DNA of 64,000 nucleotides from an uncultured Chloroflexia bacterium (GCA_963746845.1 CAVVCZ010000004.1:1312001-1376000); one strand, 5' to 3'. Numbered from the stretch's first letter, positions 1-9,700 are shown. Numbers and translations are program-made. The notes: generated from the sequence alone by a model not told the origin.

Positions 1-1
1 G

Positions 2-1354
2 CCGGCCCCGGGCCGCCTCGCCGGCCGGCTGATCGCGCTCGGCGTCACCGGATCGATCGCCGCCTACAAGGCCGCCGACCTCGTCCGGCGGCTGGCCGAC
101 GAGGGAGCCGACGTGGTCGTCCTGATGACCCCATCGGCGACCCGCTTCGTCGGGCCGCTGACGTTCGCGGCCCTGACCCGCCACCCGGTCGAGACGGACA
201 TCGGCAGCCTGCTCCCGGATCAGCGGATCGGGCACATCGTGATCGCGGACAGCGCGGACGTGGTCGTCGTCGCCCCGGCCACTGCCCACTGGATGGCGGC
301 GATGGCGACGGGTCTCGCGGGCGACGCCGTGACGGCCGTCTGTCTCGCGACGACGGCACCGGTGGTCGTGGCTCCGGCGATGGACGGCGAGATGTACGCC
401 CACCCCGCGACGCGCGCGAACGTCGCCCGGCTCCGCGACGACTTCCGCTACCGGATCGTGGAGCCCGCGGCGGGTCCGCTCGCGTCGGGCCAGGTGGGCC
501 GGGGCAGGCTCGCGGAGACCACGGACATCGTCGAGGCGGTCGTCGCGGCGCTGGCCGGCGCACCCATCCGGAGCCCGGACGCCGGCACGCGGCCACCGCT
601 CGTCGATCCGGCACGGACGGCGGACCTCGAGGGCCGCCACATCGTCGTCAGCGCCGGCGGCACCGCCGAGCCGATCGACCCTGTCCGGTTCATCGGCAAC
701 CACTCGAGCGGGAAGATGGGCGTCGCATTGGCCAAGGCGGCGGCCGCCCGCGGAGCGCACGTGACCCTGGTCGCCGGAAGCGTGAGCGTCGCGCTGCCGA
801 GCGACGACGCGGTCATGGTCGTCCGCGCGGAGACGACCGCCGCGATGGGCGACGCGGTTCGCCGGGCGATGGAGGGCGCGGATGCCCTGGTCATGGCCGC
901 CGCGGTGGCCGACTTCCGACCTCGCAGGTCGGCCACGACGAAGCTGACCCGCGACGAAGGCCTGACGCTCGATCTCGAGCCGACCGAGGACATCCTCGCC
1001 GGCATCGGGTCGAGCGTCGCCGGGGCCCCGTCCGGCCGGCCCCGCCCCGTCCTCGTCGGGTTCGCCGCCGAGACCGGCTCGCTGGATCGCGCGGCCGACA
1101 AGCTCCGGCGCAAGCACGTCGACCTCCTCGTCGCGAACGACGTCGCGGAGCCCGGATCCGGCTTCGGGACCGACACGAACCGGGTCACGATCCTCGCGGC
1201 CGACGGCTCGCGCGAAGACCTGCCCCTCCTCACGAAGCGCGAGGTCGCCGACCGAATCCTCGACCGCGTCGCCGTCGCGCTCGATGCCCGGACGCTGGAC
1301 GCCCACGGCGACGCCGCGCAGACTGGACCCGTGACACAGGAGAGCCCAGCGTGA
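2..1354 (+). CDS. coaBC: Bifunctional phosphopantothenoylcysteine decarboxylase/ligase (5' end lies outside the window)
   Basis: Frame is open from nt 2 (LGVTGSIAAYK). Motifs PAMDGEMY, GGTAEPIDPVRFIGNHSSGKMG, AAVADF, GFAAET, VANDV. Confidence 0.96.
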   Translation, partial: PAPGRLAGRLIALGVTGSIAAYKAADLVRRLADEGADVVVLMTPSATRFVGPLTFAALTRHPVETDIGSLLPDQRIGHIVIADSADVVVVAPATAHWMAAMATGLAGDAVTAVCLATTAPVVVAPAMDGEMYAHPATRANVARLRDDFRYRIVEPAAGPLASGQVGRGRLAETTDIVEAVVAALAGAPIRSPDAGTRPPLVDPARTADLEGRHIVVSAGGTAEPIDPVRFIGNHSSGKMGVALAKAAAARGAHVTLVAGSVSVALPSDDAVMVVRAETTAAMGDAVRRAMEGADALVMAAAVADFRPRRSATTKLTRDEGLTLDLEPTEDILAGIGSSVAGAPSGRPRPVLVGFAAETGSLDRAADKLRRKHVDLLVANDVAEPGSGFGTDTNRVTILAADGSREDLPLLTKREVADRILDRVAVALDARTLDAHGDAAQTGPVTQESPA

Positions 1355-2268
1355 GTGCCAACCCCACCCCCGAGACCGTCCGCCGGCTGACCGTCGGCGA
1401 CATCGCCCGGCTGCACGCCGACGGCCAGCGGATCGCGATGTTGACCGCCTACGACTACCCGACGGCGAAGCTCCTCGACGAGGCCGGAATCCCCCTGATC
1501 CTCGTCGGCGACTCGCTGGGCCGGGCGATGCTCGGGTACGAGAGCGAGATCCCGGTCTCGATGGCGGACATGCTCCACCACACCGCGGCCGTCGTCCGCG
1601 GCGCGAAGCACGCCCTCGTCGTCGGCGACATGCCGTTCCTGACCTACTCGACGCGCGAACAGGCCGTCACGAACGCGGGCCGCTTCCTGGCCGAGGCCGG
1701 GGCGCAGGCCGTGAAGGTCGAGGGCGGCGTCCGCTCGGCGCGGACGATCGAGGCGCTGGTCAGGACCGGCATCCCGACGATGGGCCACATCGGCTGGACG
1801 CCACAGGCCGCGAACGCCGCGGGCAAGGTGCGGGTGCTCGGCAAGAGCCGGGAACAGGCACGGGCCCTCCTCCACGACGCGCTGGCCGTCCAGGAGGCGG
1901 GCGCCTTCTCGATCGTGCTCGAGCTCGTCCCCGAGCAGCTCGCGGCGGCGATCACGGATCGCCTCCGGATCCCGACGATCGGGATCGGAGCGGGCGCGGG
2001 CTGCAGCGGCCAGGTCCAGGTCATCACCGACCTGCTCGGCTGGGATGCGTGGCACCCGAAGCACGCGAAGCCGTACGCGGACCTGCGCGGGACGATCCTC
2101 GCCGCCGCGAAGGCGTATGCCGACGACGTCGCCGCCGGCACGTTCCCGGGCCCCGAGCAGACCGTGCGGATGTCCGAGGATGTCCTCGACGAGGTCCTCG
2201 GTCGCGGCGCGATCGACCGCGATGCAGACAACCCTGCCGAGGGAATCCCGCTCGATCGCGACCTCTAG
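1351..2268 (+). CDS. panB: 3-methyl-2-oxobutanoate hydroxymethyltransferase
   Basis: MLTAYDY, ILVGDSLG, VGDMPF, VKVEGG, TIGIGAG..CSGQV. GTGA overlap with coaBC. Confidence 0.96.
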   Translation: MSANPTPETVRRLTVGDIARLHADGQRIAMLTAYDYPTAKLLDEAGIPLILVGDSLGRAMLGYESEIPVSMADMLHHTAAVVRGAKHALVVGDMPFLTYSTREQAVTNAGRFLAEAGAQAVKVEGGVRSARTIEALVRTGIPTMGHIGWTPQAANAAGKVRVLGKSREQARALLHDALAVQEAGAFSIVLELVPEQLAAAITDRLRIPTIGIGAGAGCSGQVQVITDLLGWDAWHPKHAKPYADLRGTILAAAKAYADDVAAGTFPGPEQTVRMSEDVLDEVLGRGAIDRDADNPAEGIPLDRDL

Positions 2269-2275
2269 CCCGACG

Positions 2276-2366
2276 CGGGCCGTTCGGCCCTCTCGATCAG
2301 CCCCACCCGGGCCGTTCGGCCCTCTCGACCCCTGCCACGCGACCCTCAGGAGGGGCCGCGCGCCCC
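2276..2366. promoter_or_regulatory. Tandem palindromic operator sites (DosR/OsdR-like GGGCC-N4-GGCCC)
   Basis: Exact 21-bp direct repeat CGGGCCGTTCGGCCCTCTCGA at 2276-2296 and 2308-2328. Weaker third copy GGGCCGCGCGCCCC at 2353-2366. Lies upstream of the CDS at 2460. Confidence 0.6.
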
Positions 2367-2459
2367 TGTGCCCCGAACCCCTCCGCGGGCGACGCTGCCC
2401 TCATCAAGCAATGACAGCGTGGCCGGCAGAGATCCGGCCAGCGGGAAAGGGATGCAACC

Positions 2460-3146
2460 ATGATCGGTCGTTTGAAGGTCCTCGGAGTCGTCCTGGCGGT
2501 CTTCGGCCTCGCGTTCGTCGCCGGCGGAGCCTATGCGTTCGTCCGGACGCAGGACGGAGCGAAGTCCCTGCAGGCGTTCAGCGCCGTGCAGGGCGTCAAC
2601 CTCAGCTACAACGACCAGGGTCAGCTGACCGACGGCGGCGACGTCGCAGGCGGCCAGGCGATCCTGTCGCTCCTGGCGAACGACTGGGGCTACAAGGTCG
2701 ACGCGAGCGAGCTCAATCCCAATGACCCGCTCGTCAACACGGCCAGCGAATACATGGTCCAGATGGCCACGATCGCCCACCACACGCTCGACAGCGTCCA
2801 GACGGTCGTCCTCGACAAGGACGTCACCGCTGCTGACGGCACGGTCTTCAAGGCCGGCACGTACGAGTTCCCGGTCGACGGCCGCTACTGGGCCCAGTTC
2901 AACCGCGCCAATCCGATCGAGGCTGCGGCCCGCGCACAGGCCTGGACCGGCACGGCTCACGCCCTGATCGCCGAGCTCGGCGTCGGCAGCGTTACCGCTT
3001 CCACCATTCAGATGGGCCTCGGGCTTGCGGCACTGTTCGCCGCTCTCGGTGTGACCCTCATCGTCGCCGGCCTTGGCCTCGTCTGGGCAACGCGCCCGGA
3101 GTCGGTCAAGGTCCCGGTCCTCCGTCCCGCGGTCAACCCCGCCTGA
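2460..3146 (+). CDS. Hypothetical membrane protein (N- and C-terminal TM helices, extracytoplasmic middle)
   Basis: Strong GC3 codon bias, purine-rich RBS (GAAAGGGA), hydrophobic segments at both ends. Confidence 0.85.
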   Translation: MIGRLKVLGVVLAVFGLAFVAGGAYAFVRTQDGAKSLQAFSAVQGVNLSYNDQGQLTDGGDVAGGQAILSLLANDWGYKVDASELNPNDPLVNTASEYMVQMATIAHHTLDSVQTVVLDKDVTAADGTVFKAGTYEFPVDGRYWAQFNRANPIEAAARAQAWTGTAHALIAELGVGSVTASTIQMGLGLAALFAALGVTLIVAGLGLVWATRPESVKVPVLRPAVNPA

Positions 3147-3192
3147 CGCGACGTAACCGATCCGGGGCGAGGGGGAATCGTCGTCCTGGATC

Positions 3193-3231
3193 AGGGGGGC
3201 GGCGACTCTCGACCGAGGTTGCCGCCCCCCT
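3193..3231. terminator. GC-rich stem-loop, probable terminator
   Basis: AGGGGGGCGGCGAC...GTTGCCGCCCCCCT inverted repeat after the 3146 stop. Confidence 0.6.
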
Positions 3232-3307
3232 CCCCCCACCGAACCCCGAGGTCCATCCGGACCTCGGGTTCGGCATGTCCGTGCCCGGATGCCGTAGCCT
3301 CCGTCCC

Positions 3308-4168
3308 ATGACCGCGACCCGTCCGGCCACCCTGGTCGTTCGCACGCGCGAGGAGCTGCGAGCGGCGCTCGCCGATCCGCCGAGGCCCTTCGGGCTCGTC
3401 CCGACGATGGGCTGGCTCCACGCCGGCCACCGCTCGCTCATGCAGCGCGCTCGAGCGGACAACGCGACGACGATCGCGACGATCTTCGTGAACCCGCGCC
3501 AGTTCAACGAGGCGGCCGACTACCAGCGCTACCCCCGCAACGAGGCCCGCGACCTCGCGATCTTCGAGGAGGAGGACGTCGACGTCGTCTTCGCGCCGGA
3601 CGTCGAGGAGGTCTATCCGCCCGGGTTCGACACGACCGTGGCGGTCGGCGCGGTGGCGCGTCCCCTGGAGGGCGCGGCGAGGCCGGGGCACTTTGACGGG
3701 GTCGCGACCGTCGTCGCGATCCTGTTCGACCTGATCGGCGCGGATCGCGCGTACTTCGGCCAGAAGGACGCCCAGCAGGTCATGGTCATCCGCCAGATGG
3801 CGCGCGACCTGGCGATCCCGACGAAGGTGGTCGCCTGCCCCACCGTCCGGGAGCCGGACGGGCTGGCGCTCTCGTCGCGGAACGTCCACCTCTCGCCCGA
3901 CCAGCGCGCCGCGGCGCCGGTCCTGCGGCGGGCGTTGCTCGCGGCGCGCGACCGCTGGGAGGCCGGCGAGCGATCCGGCGACGCCTTGCGAGCCGCGATG
4001 TCGGACACGCTCGCGGCCGAGCCCCTGGCGACGCCGGCCTATGTGAGCGTCGCGGATGGTCAGACCCTGGCGGAGCTGGACCGGGTGCCCGACGGTGCCC
4101 CGGCCCTCCTGTCCCTCGCCGTCCGATTCGGCCCGACTCGGCTGATCGACAACGAGCCCCTGCCATGA
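3308..4168 (+). CDS. panC: Pantoate--beta-alanine ligase
   Basis: VPTMGWLHAGH (HIGH-like), IFVNPRQF, RPGHFDGV, YFGQKD, REPDGLALSSRN, RLIDN. Start placed at ATG 3308, 7 nt after TAGCCT. Confidence 0.96.
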   Translation: MTATRPATLVVRTREELRAALADPPRPFGLVPTMGWLHAGHRSLMQRARADNATTIATIFVNPRQFNEAADYQRYPRNEARDLAIFEEEDVDVVFAPDVEEVYPPGFDTTVAVGAVARPLEGAARPGHFDGVATVVAILFDLIGADRAYFGQKDAQQVMVIRQMARDLAIPTKVVACPTVREPDGLALSSRNVHLSPDQRAAAPVLRRALLAARDRWEAGERSGDALRAAMSDTLAAEPLATPAYVSVADGQTLAELDRVPDGAPALLSLAVRFGPTRLIDNEPLP

Positions 4169-4253
4169 CGGGAACCGATCCGGCGCGACGGATGTATCCC
4201 GGGCACACCGAACCACGCGGCCGGATGCCGCGTCTCGAGCTCCGGAGGATCCG

Positions 4254-4946
4254 ATGACCACACGCCGCATGGGCCGGACGATCGCCGTCGTCGCCGCCGC
4301 GTTCCTCGCTCTGCTGATCGCCGCGCCGGCGGCCCTCGCCAAGGAGGGCATCGAGACGCGCCTGGCCGCCCCGATCTCGGGTGACGCCCAACCGGGCGAC
4401 ATCGTGCCCGTCTACTTCACCGCGAGCGCGATCAGCGAGACCGGAATGACGCCGGTCTACGGGACGAACATCTTCTTCCGCCTGTACGGTCCCACCGGTG
4501 CGATGACGGAGGCGACGGCGGTCGAGCAGTCGACGCCCGGGACCTTCAAGGTCATGATCGAGATCCCGTCCGGCGGCGCCGCCCGCGCGGAGTTCGGGAT
4601 CCATGGGACGTCCCCCAACGGCCCGTCCGACATGGTCTGGGCCTACGACGGGATGCTTGTCTCGGCCAGGACGCCGCCCGCGGTCGACCCGAACGCCTTC
4701 CAGCTGCCGAAGCCGCGCTACGAGCCGGTGACCCCGGTGACCGGTTCCGGCCCGGCGCTCGCGACGGACGGCTCCTCGACGACGGCCACCACTCCAACGA
4801 CCACGACACCGGCTCCCGCGGCTTCCGCGCCGTTCCCGGTCGATCCGCGAGCCGTCGGCGTCGGTGCGCTGGCCGTCGCCGGTCTCGCGATCCTGGCCGG
4901 CCTCGGCCTTCGCCATCGCCGCCACGGGCAGACGTCCGCCGTCTGA
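4254..4946 (+). CDS. Secreted/surface protein with signal peptide, Thr/Pro linker and C-terminal membrane anchor
   Basis: GGAGG RBS, signal peptide ending ALA-K, TTTPTTTTP linker, C-terminal TM followed by RHRRH. Confidence 0.8.
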   Translation: MTTRRMGRTIAVVAAAFLALLIAAPAALAKEGIETRLAAPISGDAQPGDIVPVYFTASAISETGMTPVYGTNIFFRLYGPTGAMTEATAVEQSTPGTFKVMIEIPSGGAARAEFGIHGTSPNGPSDMVWAYDGMLVSARTPPAVDPNAFQLPKPRYEPVTPVTGSGPALATDGSSTTATTPTTTTPAPAASAPFPVDPRAVGVGALAVAGLAILAGLGLRHRRHGQTSAV

Positions 4947-4965
4947 GCTCTCTCCCTCCCGCACA

Positions 4966-4999
4966 GGATCGGGCGCTCCGTCGCGGGAGCGCCCGATCC
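4966..4999. terminator. Stem-loop between convergent genes
   Basis: GGATCGGGCGCTCC-gtcgcg-GGAGCGCCCGATCC, a perfect 14-bp stem. Confidence 0.7.
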
Positions 5000-5170
5000 G
5001 CTCGTTCAGGGTTCTCATCGCTCGCGGGTGGTCGCCGACCCCCGGTGCGGTCCGGCCGTGACGGAGAGCCAGCGCGAGATACACGAGCCACCCGATCCCG
5101 AGGACGATGGCGAGCGCGACGAGGATCGGGCAGCGGCCTGATCCGCACGCCGGGCGCGTCAACCGCCGCG

Positions 5171-6361
5171 TCAGGCCGTTGGGGCCTCCCGGGCGACCGC
5201 CAGGATCCGTTCGATGTCGAGGTGCTTCGCGACGAGACCCTTGATCAGCTCGATCTTCTCACGGTCCGCCGGGTGGGTCTTCACGAGCAGGTCGTGGACC
5301 TCCGAGGCGACCGCGTAGGTGTCCTCCTTGACGATCGTCGCGAACAGGTCGGCCTGGCGGATCGCCGCCAGGACCGGGTCGCGCGGGCGGTAGCCACCGG
5401 TCAGGACCAGCCCCACCGCGGCCCCCTCGTGACCGTCGACGTTGGCCGTCCGCTCGTTCGTGGCCTCGGCCGCGATCTGGGCGATCCGCGCCGCCTCGGC
5501 GGCTCCAGCGACCCGGAACCGCCGGGCGAGGTGGGCGGTCGTCAGGGTCAGGATCACGTCCTCGCGGTCACCCGGGACGATGACCAGCGTCCCCGGGCCG
5601 ACTCGCTCGAGCATGTGGCGCGGCTCCATCGCCCCGATCGCGACCCCGTCGATCACCCGATCGAGGTCGGGGCCGGGGTGGATCGTCTCGCCGCCGACGC
5701 CGTCGAGGATCATGCCGAGGGTCGGGTTCGACAGGATCGGCCGGACCGGCAGGACGCCGAGCAGGCGGATCCCGTTGAGCGCGAGCCCGCGCTCGAGGAC
5801 GTCGGCGATCCCCGGCTGCGCGTCGAGGTCGACCTTGTTGACGATGGCGCCCGCGACGGGCACGCCGTGCGCGGCGAAGTGCGACGCGTTGAGGACGATC
5901 TCGTCGATCGGCCGGCCGACGCCGCCCTCGCTGACGATGATCGCCGGCGCCCCCAGCATCGACGCGACGACCGCATTCGACAGCCCGATGACGGCCCCGA
6001 CCCCGGCGTGTCCGGTCCCCTCGATCAGGAGCATCTCGAACCGGTCCCGGAACGTGTCGCGGGCGGCGACGATCCGCGCCCCGAGGTCCTCGACGACGTC
6101 GCCCGCGATGTACTTCTTCGTGAATCCGCGCGGGATGTGGACCGGGCTCATCGCTCCGTACTCGGCCGCGAGATCGAACGTCTCGTGCATGAGCACCGCG
6201 TCCTCGTCGGCGGGCTGGCCGTGGTCGATCACCGTCCGCTGCCCGACCGGCTTCATGAACGCCGTCCTGAGGCCCGCTTGCTGGAACCCGTCGAACAGGC
6301 CGAGCGCGGCCGTGGTCTTGCCGCGGTTCTGGCCCGTGGCCGCGAGGTAGAGCTGTCGCAC
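5171..6361 (-). CDS. BioD-like P-loop plus DRTGG domain protein (standalone Pta N-terminal-like)
   Basis: ATGQNRGKT P-loop, FMKPVG, IEGTGH, IVNKV, PGDREDV and LVLTGG. Confidence 0.88.
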   Translation of the reverse strand: MRQLYLAATGQNRGKTTAALGLFDGFQQAGLRTAFMKPVGQRTVIDHGQPADEDAVLMHETFDLAAEYGAMSPVHIPRGFTKKYIAGDVVEDLGARIVAARDTFRDRFEMLLIEGTGHAGVGAVIGLSNAVVASMLGAPAIIVSEGGVGRPIDEIVLNASHFAAHGVPVAGAIVNKVDLDAQPGIADVLERGLALNGIRLLGVLPVRPILSNPTLGMILDGVGGETIHPGPDLDRVIDGVAIGAMEPRHMLERVGPGTLVIVPGDREDVILTLTTAHLARRFRVAGAAEAARIAQIAAEATNERTANVDGHEGAAVGLVLTGGYRPRDPVLAAIRQADLFATIVKEDTYAVASEVHDLLVKTHPADREKIELIKGLVAKHLDIERILAVAREAPTA

Positions 6362-6362
6362 G

Positions 6363-7067
6363 TCAGCAGTGAAGCAGGGTGCAGGGCTCGACGAGCGGCC
6401 ATCCGAACCGGATCGCCCAGATCAGGTACGCCAGGAGCGTGACCAGCGAGGACGCGAACACGAAGACGACGATCGGATGGCGCGACCCGCCGAGCCGGTC
6501 GCGACCGGCCCAGACGAGGAGCACGATCGACGCGGGGATGCCGAGCGCAACAGTGGCCCCCTCGGTCGTCACGAAGAAGAAGACCGCGCCGTGGATCGCG
6601 CCGGCCAGGGTGGAGATCGCGGTCCCGGTCGTCGAACCGACGGCGCGTCCACCGCCGGCGAGCGCGAGCATCAGAACGGTGAGCGCGACCCACGCGACGT
6701 GCCATGCCCAGTGGCTCAGGACCTCGTCGAACCAGTGATCGAGGACGCCGCCGGGCGTCAGGTAGAAGGCGTCGCGTTCCGGTCCGGCGGGATAGGTGTC
6801 GCCGATGGCGTTGGCCGCAAGGTGCATGCCCTGCGCCTCGATCCACAGGGCGGCGATCACGAGGAAGAGGACCAGCGCGAGGCCGTTGAGCCGGCCCGTC
6901 CCGTCGAGGACCCACCAGGCGAGGGGGATGATGACAAGGGGCGTCAGGAGATCGGCCGCCTCCTGCCAGGTGAACCCGGGAGCCGTCCCGACATCTCCGT
7001 GAAGCGTCGGCGGGATCAGCAGGAAGACGGCGAGGGCGATCGAGTACGCGAGCAGCCGGATCGGCAG
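6363..7067 (-). CDS. Polytopic membrane protein; start uncertain (CTG 7067 proposed)
   Basis: The ORF-track call 6363-6860 extends in frame without a stop to 7109, encoding further TM helices (LLAYSIALAVFLLIPP; LLTPLVIIPLAWWVL). There is no ATG/GTG/TTG upstream of 6860. Confidence 0.7.
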   Translation of the reverse strand: MPIRLLAYSIALAVFLLIPPTLHGDVGTAPGFTWQEAADLLTPLVIIPLAWWVLDGTGRLNGLALVLFLVIAALWIEAQGMHLAANAIGDTYPAGPERDAFYLTPGGVLDHWFDEVLSHWAWHVAWVALTVLMLALAGGGRAVGSTTGTAISTLAGAIHGAVFFFVTTEGATVALGIPASIVLLVWAGRDRLGGSRHPIVVFVFASSLVTLLAYLIWAIRFGWPLVEPCTLLHC

Positions 7068-7109
7068 GCGGGCCGCGCGGACGAGGTCGTCGGCTTGCGT
7101 CGGGGATCC

Positions 7110-7715
7110 CTAGCCGCGGGCGGCCGTCTTGCGCTCGATCAGCGCGATCGCGTCGCGGATCCGCGACATGGTCTCGGCATCGACGGCGTCCGGCTCGAGG
7201 TACGGCCCGAGCCGCTCCATGATGTCGGTGACCAGCCCGAGGAACACGGTCGCGTCGGCGGCGAAGAACTGGGGCTCGTTGTTGTACCGGACGAGCGTGA
7301 GGCGGCCCTGCAGGACGCGCCGCTCCTCGACGTGGGCGACCTGGGTCGCGAAGTTGTGACCCTGGATCCCGTCGGGGTTGTTCAGGAAGTTCAGGGCGTT
7401 GTCGATCGCGAGCCCGAACCGCGCTCGCCACGCGACCAGCCGCTCGTGGACCTCCGTCGGGATCCGGACCTCCGCGACCTCCTCGAAGACCTCGGGTGCG
7501 ACCGTCAGCAACCCCACGAGCGTCGTCCCTGCGCGCGACCCGAGCATGACCTGGAGGCTGCGCTCGAGGGTGAAGACCTCCGAATCGAAGCGCGGGCTCG
7601 TGATCACGTCGGTCAGCAGGTCCTCGACGTTGTCGAGCGTGCCGGGCTCGGCGACCGCGTTCGCGAGATGGAGGACCTCCTCCTTGAACAGGAACTTCTC
7701 TTCGTGGTCGTACAT
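7110..7715 (-). CDS. Hypothetical protein
   Basis: Typical codon bias and globular composition. TACCAT lies 7 nt before the ATG. Confidence 0.8.
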   Translation of the reverse strand: MYDHEEKFLFKEEVLHLANAVAEPGTLDNVEDLLTDVITSPRFDSEVFTLERSLQVMLGSRAGTTLVGLLTVAPEVFEEVAEVRIPTEVHERLVAWRARFGLAIDNALNFLNNPDGIQGHNFATQVAHVEERRVLQGRLTLVRYNNEPQFFAADATVFLGLVTDIMERLGPYLEPDAVDAETMSRIRDAIALIERKTAARG

Positions 7716-7798
7716 GGCGCCGATGGTAGCAGCGGCGGATCGGCGGATCGGCGGACGAGCGTCGTCGCCCCCGTCACAATGGCCGCCGGAGGGCAGCG

Positions 7799-8407
7799 AT
7801 GAAGGTCCGGCAGGCGCGGGCGGCGGATCTCGACCGGGCGACCGAGACGATCACCCTGGCGTTCATCGACGACCCGGTCTGGCGGGTCGCGCTGACGTCG
7901 GTCGACGGCCGGACCGGGCACCAGGCGGCGTACTGGCGGATGTTCGTCGACGGGGCCTCCGACCAGGACGGGGTCTGGCTCCTCGACGACGGCGCGGCCG
8001 TGGCGGTCTGGATCCCGCCGGACGGGCAGGAGCTCTCGGACCCGGCGACCGAGGCCCTGGAGCGATACAACCTCGAGATGCTCGGGCCGGACGGTGCCCG
8101 GGAGATGCACGAGCTGTACGAACGGTTCGAGGCGAACCACCCCGGGCGCGAGCCGTTCATGTACTTGAGCCCGCTGGCGACCCACCCGGACCATCGCGGC
8201 CGCGGGATCGGCCAGATGCTGCTCGCCGAGACGCTCCGGCGCTGGGACGAGCGTGGCCTGCCGAGCTATCTCGAGTCGACGAACCCTGCCAACGACCATC
8301 GATATGAGCGGGCCGGGTTCCGTCGGATCGGCGGGTTCACGTCGGTCCGGGACGAAGCCCCGATCTCGACGATGTGGCGGACGGTGGGCGGCGCTCCGCG
8401 ACCCTAG
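7799..8407 (+). CDS. GNAT family N-acetyltransferase
   Basis: LATHPDHRGRGIG motif A, YLEST, YERAGF. Confidence 0.92.
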   Translation: MKVRQARAADLDRATETITLAFIDDPVWRVALTSVDGRTGHQAAYWRMFVDGASDQDGVWLLDDGAAVAVWIPPDGQELSDPATEALERYNLEMLGPDGAREMHELYERFEANHPGREPFMYLSPLATHPDHRGRGIGQMLLAETLRRWDERGLPSYLESTNPANDHRYERAGFRRIGGFTSVRDEAPISTMWRTVGGAPRP

Positions 8408-8434
8408 CGCGGCGACATCGTCGGGAAAGGCGTC

Positions 8435-9700
8435 TTACGGGTACAGGCCGCGCATCGCAGTCGCGTCGGCGACGCGCTGGACGGCGAGCAGGTAGGCGGC
8501 GGTCCGCATGTCGACCTGCTCGCGCCGGGCGATGGCCAGGGTCTCCTGGAACGCCTTGACCATGATCTCGCGCAGCTTGTCGTTGACGACGCGCTCGCTC
8601 CAGTGGTCGCGGTTGAGGTCCTGGACCCACTCGAAGTAGCTGACGGTCACGCCGCCGGCGTTGCACAGGATGTCCGGGATCATGAACTTGCTGTTCGCGA
8701 AGAGGATCCGGTCGGCGTCCGGCGTCGTCGGGCCGTTCGCGGCCTCGGCGATCAGGCGGGCCTTGATGTTGCCCGCGTTCCGGCTCGTGATCTGGTTCTC
8801 CAGCGCGGCCGGGATCAGGATCTCGCAGTCGACCTCCAGGAGCTCGGCGTTCGTGATGTCGGTCGTGCCCGGGAAGCCCTGGACGGTGCCGTGCTCCTTC
8901 TTCCAGGCGATGACCCGCTTGATGTCGAGCCCGCCCGGGTTGTGGATGCCGCCGGTCGAGTCGGACACGGCGACGACGGTTGCGCCCTCGTCCGAGATCA
9001 GGGTCGCCGCAATCGAGCCGGCGTTGCCGAAGCCCTCGATCGCGACCCGGGACTTCGACAGCTCGAGCCCGAGATGGCGGGCCGCCTCGATGATGCAGAA
9101 CACGGTGCCGCGGGCGGTCGCCTCGGTGCGACCCTCCGAACCGCCGAGGCTGATCGGCTTGCCGGTGACGACACCCGGGACCGTATGGCCCGCGTGCATC
9201 GAGTAGGTGTCCATGAACCAGGCCATGACCTGGGCGTTCGTGTTGACGTCCGGCGCGGGGATGTCCCGCTCGGGGCCGACGAGGACCTCGATCTCGGTGA
9301 AGAAGCGGCGGCTGAGCGCCTCGAGCTCCTTCTGGCTGAGCTTCTTCGGGTCGACGATCACGCCGCCCTTGCCGCCGCCGTACGGGATGCCGACGACCGC
9401 GCACTTCCAGGTCATCCACATCGCGAGGGCCTTGACCTCGTCGAGGCTGACGTCCTGGTGGTACCGGATGCCGCCCTTCGCCGGCCCGCGGCCGAGGTTG
9501 TGCTGGACGCGGTAGCCGGTGAACACCTGGACCGAGCCGTCGTCCATCTTCACCGGGAAGTGGACGGTCAGCTCCCGGCGCGGCTCGCGCAGGACGCGGC
9601 GCAGACCGGGATCGAGGTTGAGGCGCTCGGCGGCCAGGTCGAACTGTTGCTGGGCGACCTGCCACGGGTTGATCGACGCGGCGACTTGCTCGGTCGTCAT
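8435..9700 (-). CDS. gdhA: Glu/Leu/Phe/Val dehydrogenase (glutamate dehydrogenase)
   Basis: GPAKGGIRY, GGGKGG, DIPAPDV, GFGNAG, AEAANGP, NAGGVTVSYFEW. GGAGG RBS before ATG 9700. Confidence 0.95.
   Translation of the reverse strand: MTTEQVAASINPWQVAQQQFDLAAERLNLDPGLRRVLREPRRELTVHFPVKMDDGSVQVFTGYRVQHNLGRGPAKGGIRYHQDVSLDEVKALAMWMTWKCAVVGIPYGGGKGGVIVDPKKLSQKELEALSRRFFTEIEVLVGPERDIPAPDVNTNAQVMAWFMDTYSMHAGHTVPGVVTGKPISLGGSEGRTEATARGTVFCIIEAARHLGLELSKSRVAIEGFGNAGSIAATLISDEGATVVAVSDSTGGIHNPGGLDIKRVIAWKKEHGTVQGFPGTTDITNAELLEVDCEILIPAALENQITSRNAGNIKARLIAEAANGPTTPDADRILFANSKFMIPDILCNAGGVTVSYFEWVQDLNRDHWSERVVNDKLREIMVKAFQETLAIARREQVDMRTAAYLLAVQRVADATAMRGLYP

Noticed and set aside
2276-2328. 21-bp palindromic direct repeat as a mini-CRISPR
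   Set aside because: Only two copies, an 11-bp spacer and no cas genes; better explained as operator sites.
5000-5162. Short minus-strand hydrophobic stretch (ILVALAIVLGIGWLVYLAL) at the start of ORF 3786-5162
   Set aside because: It could be a small or frameshifted membrane peptide, but there is no clean stop and the ORF runs antisense through real genes, so boundaries cannot be supported.
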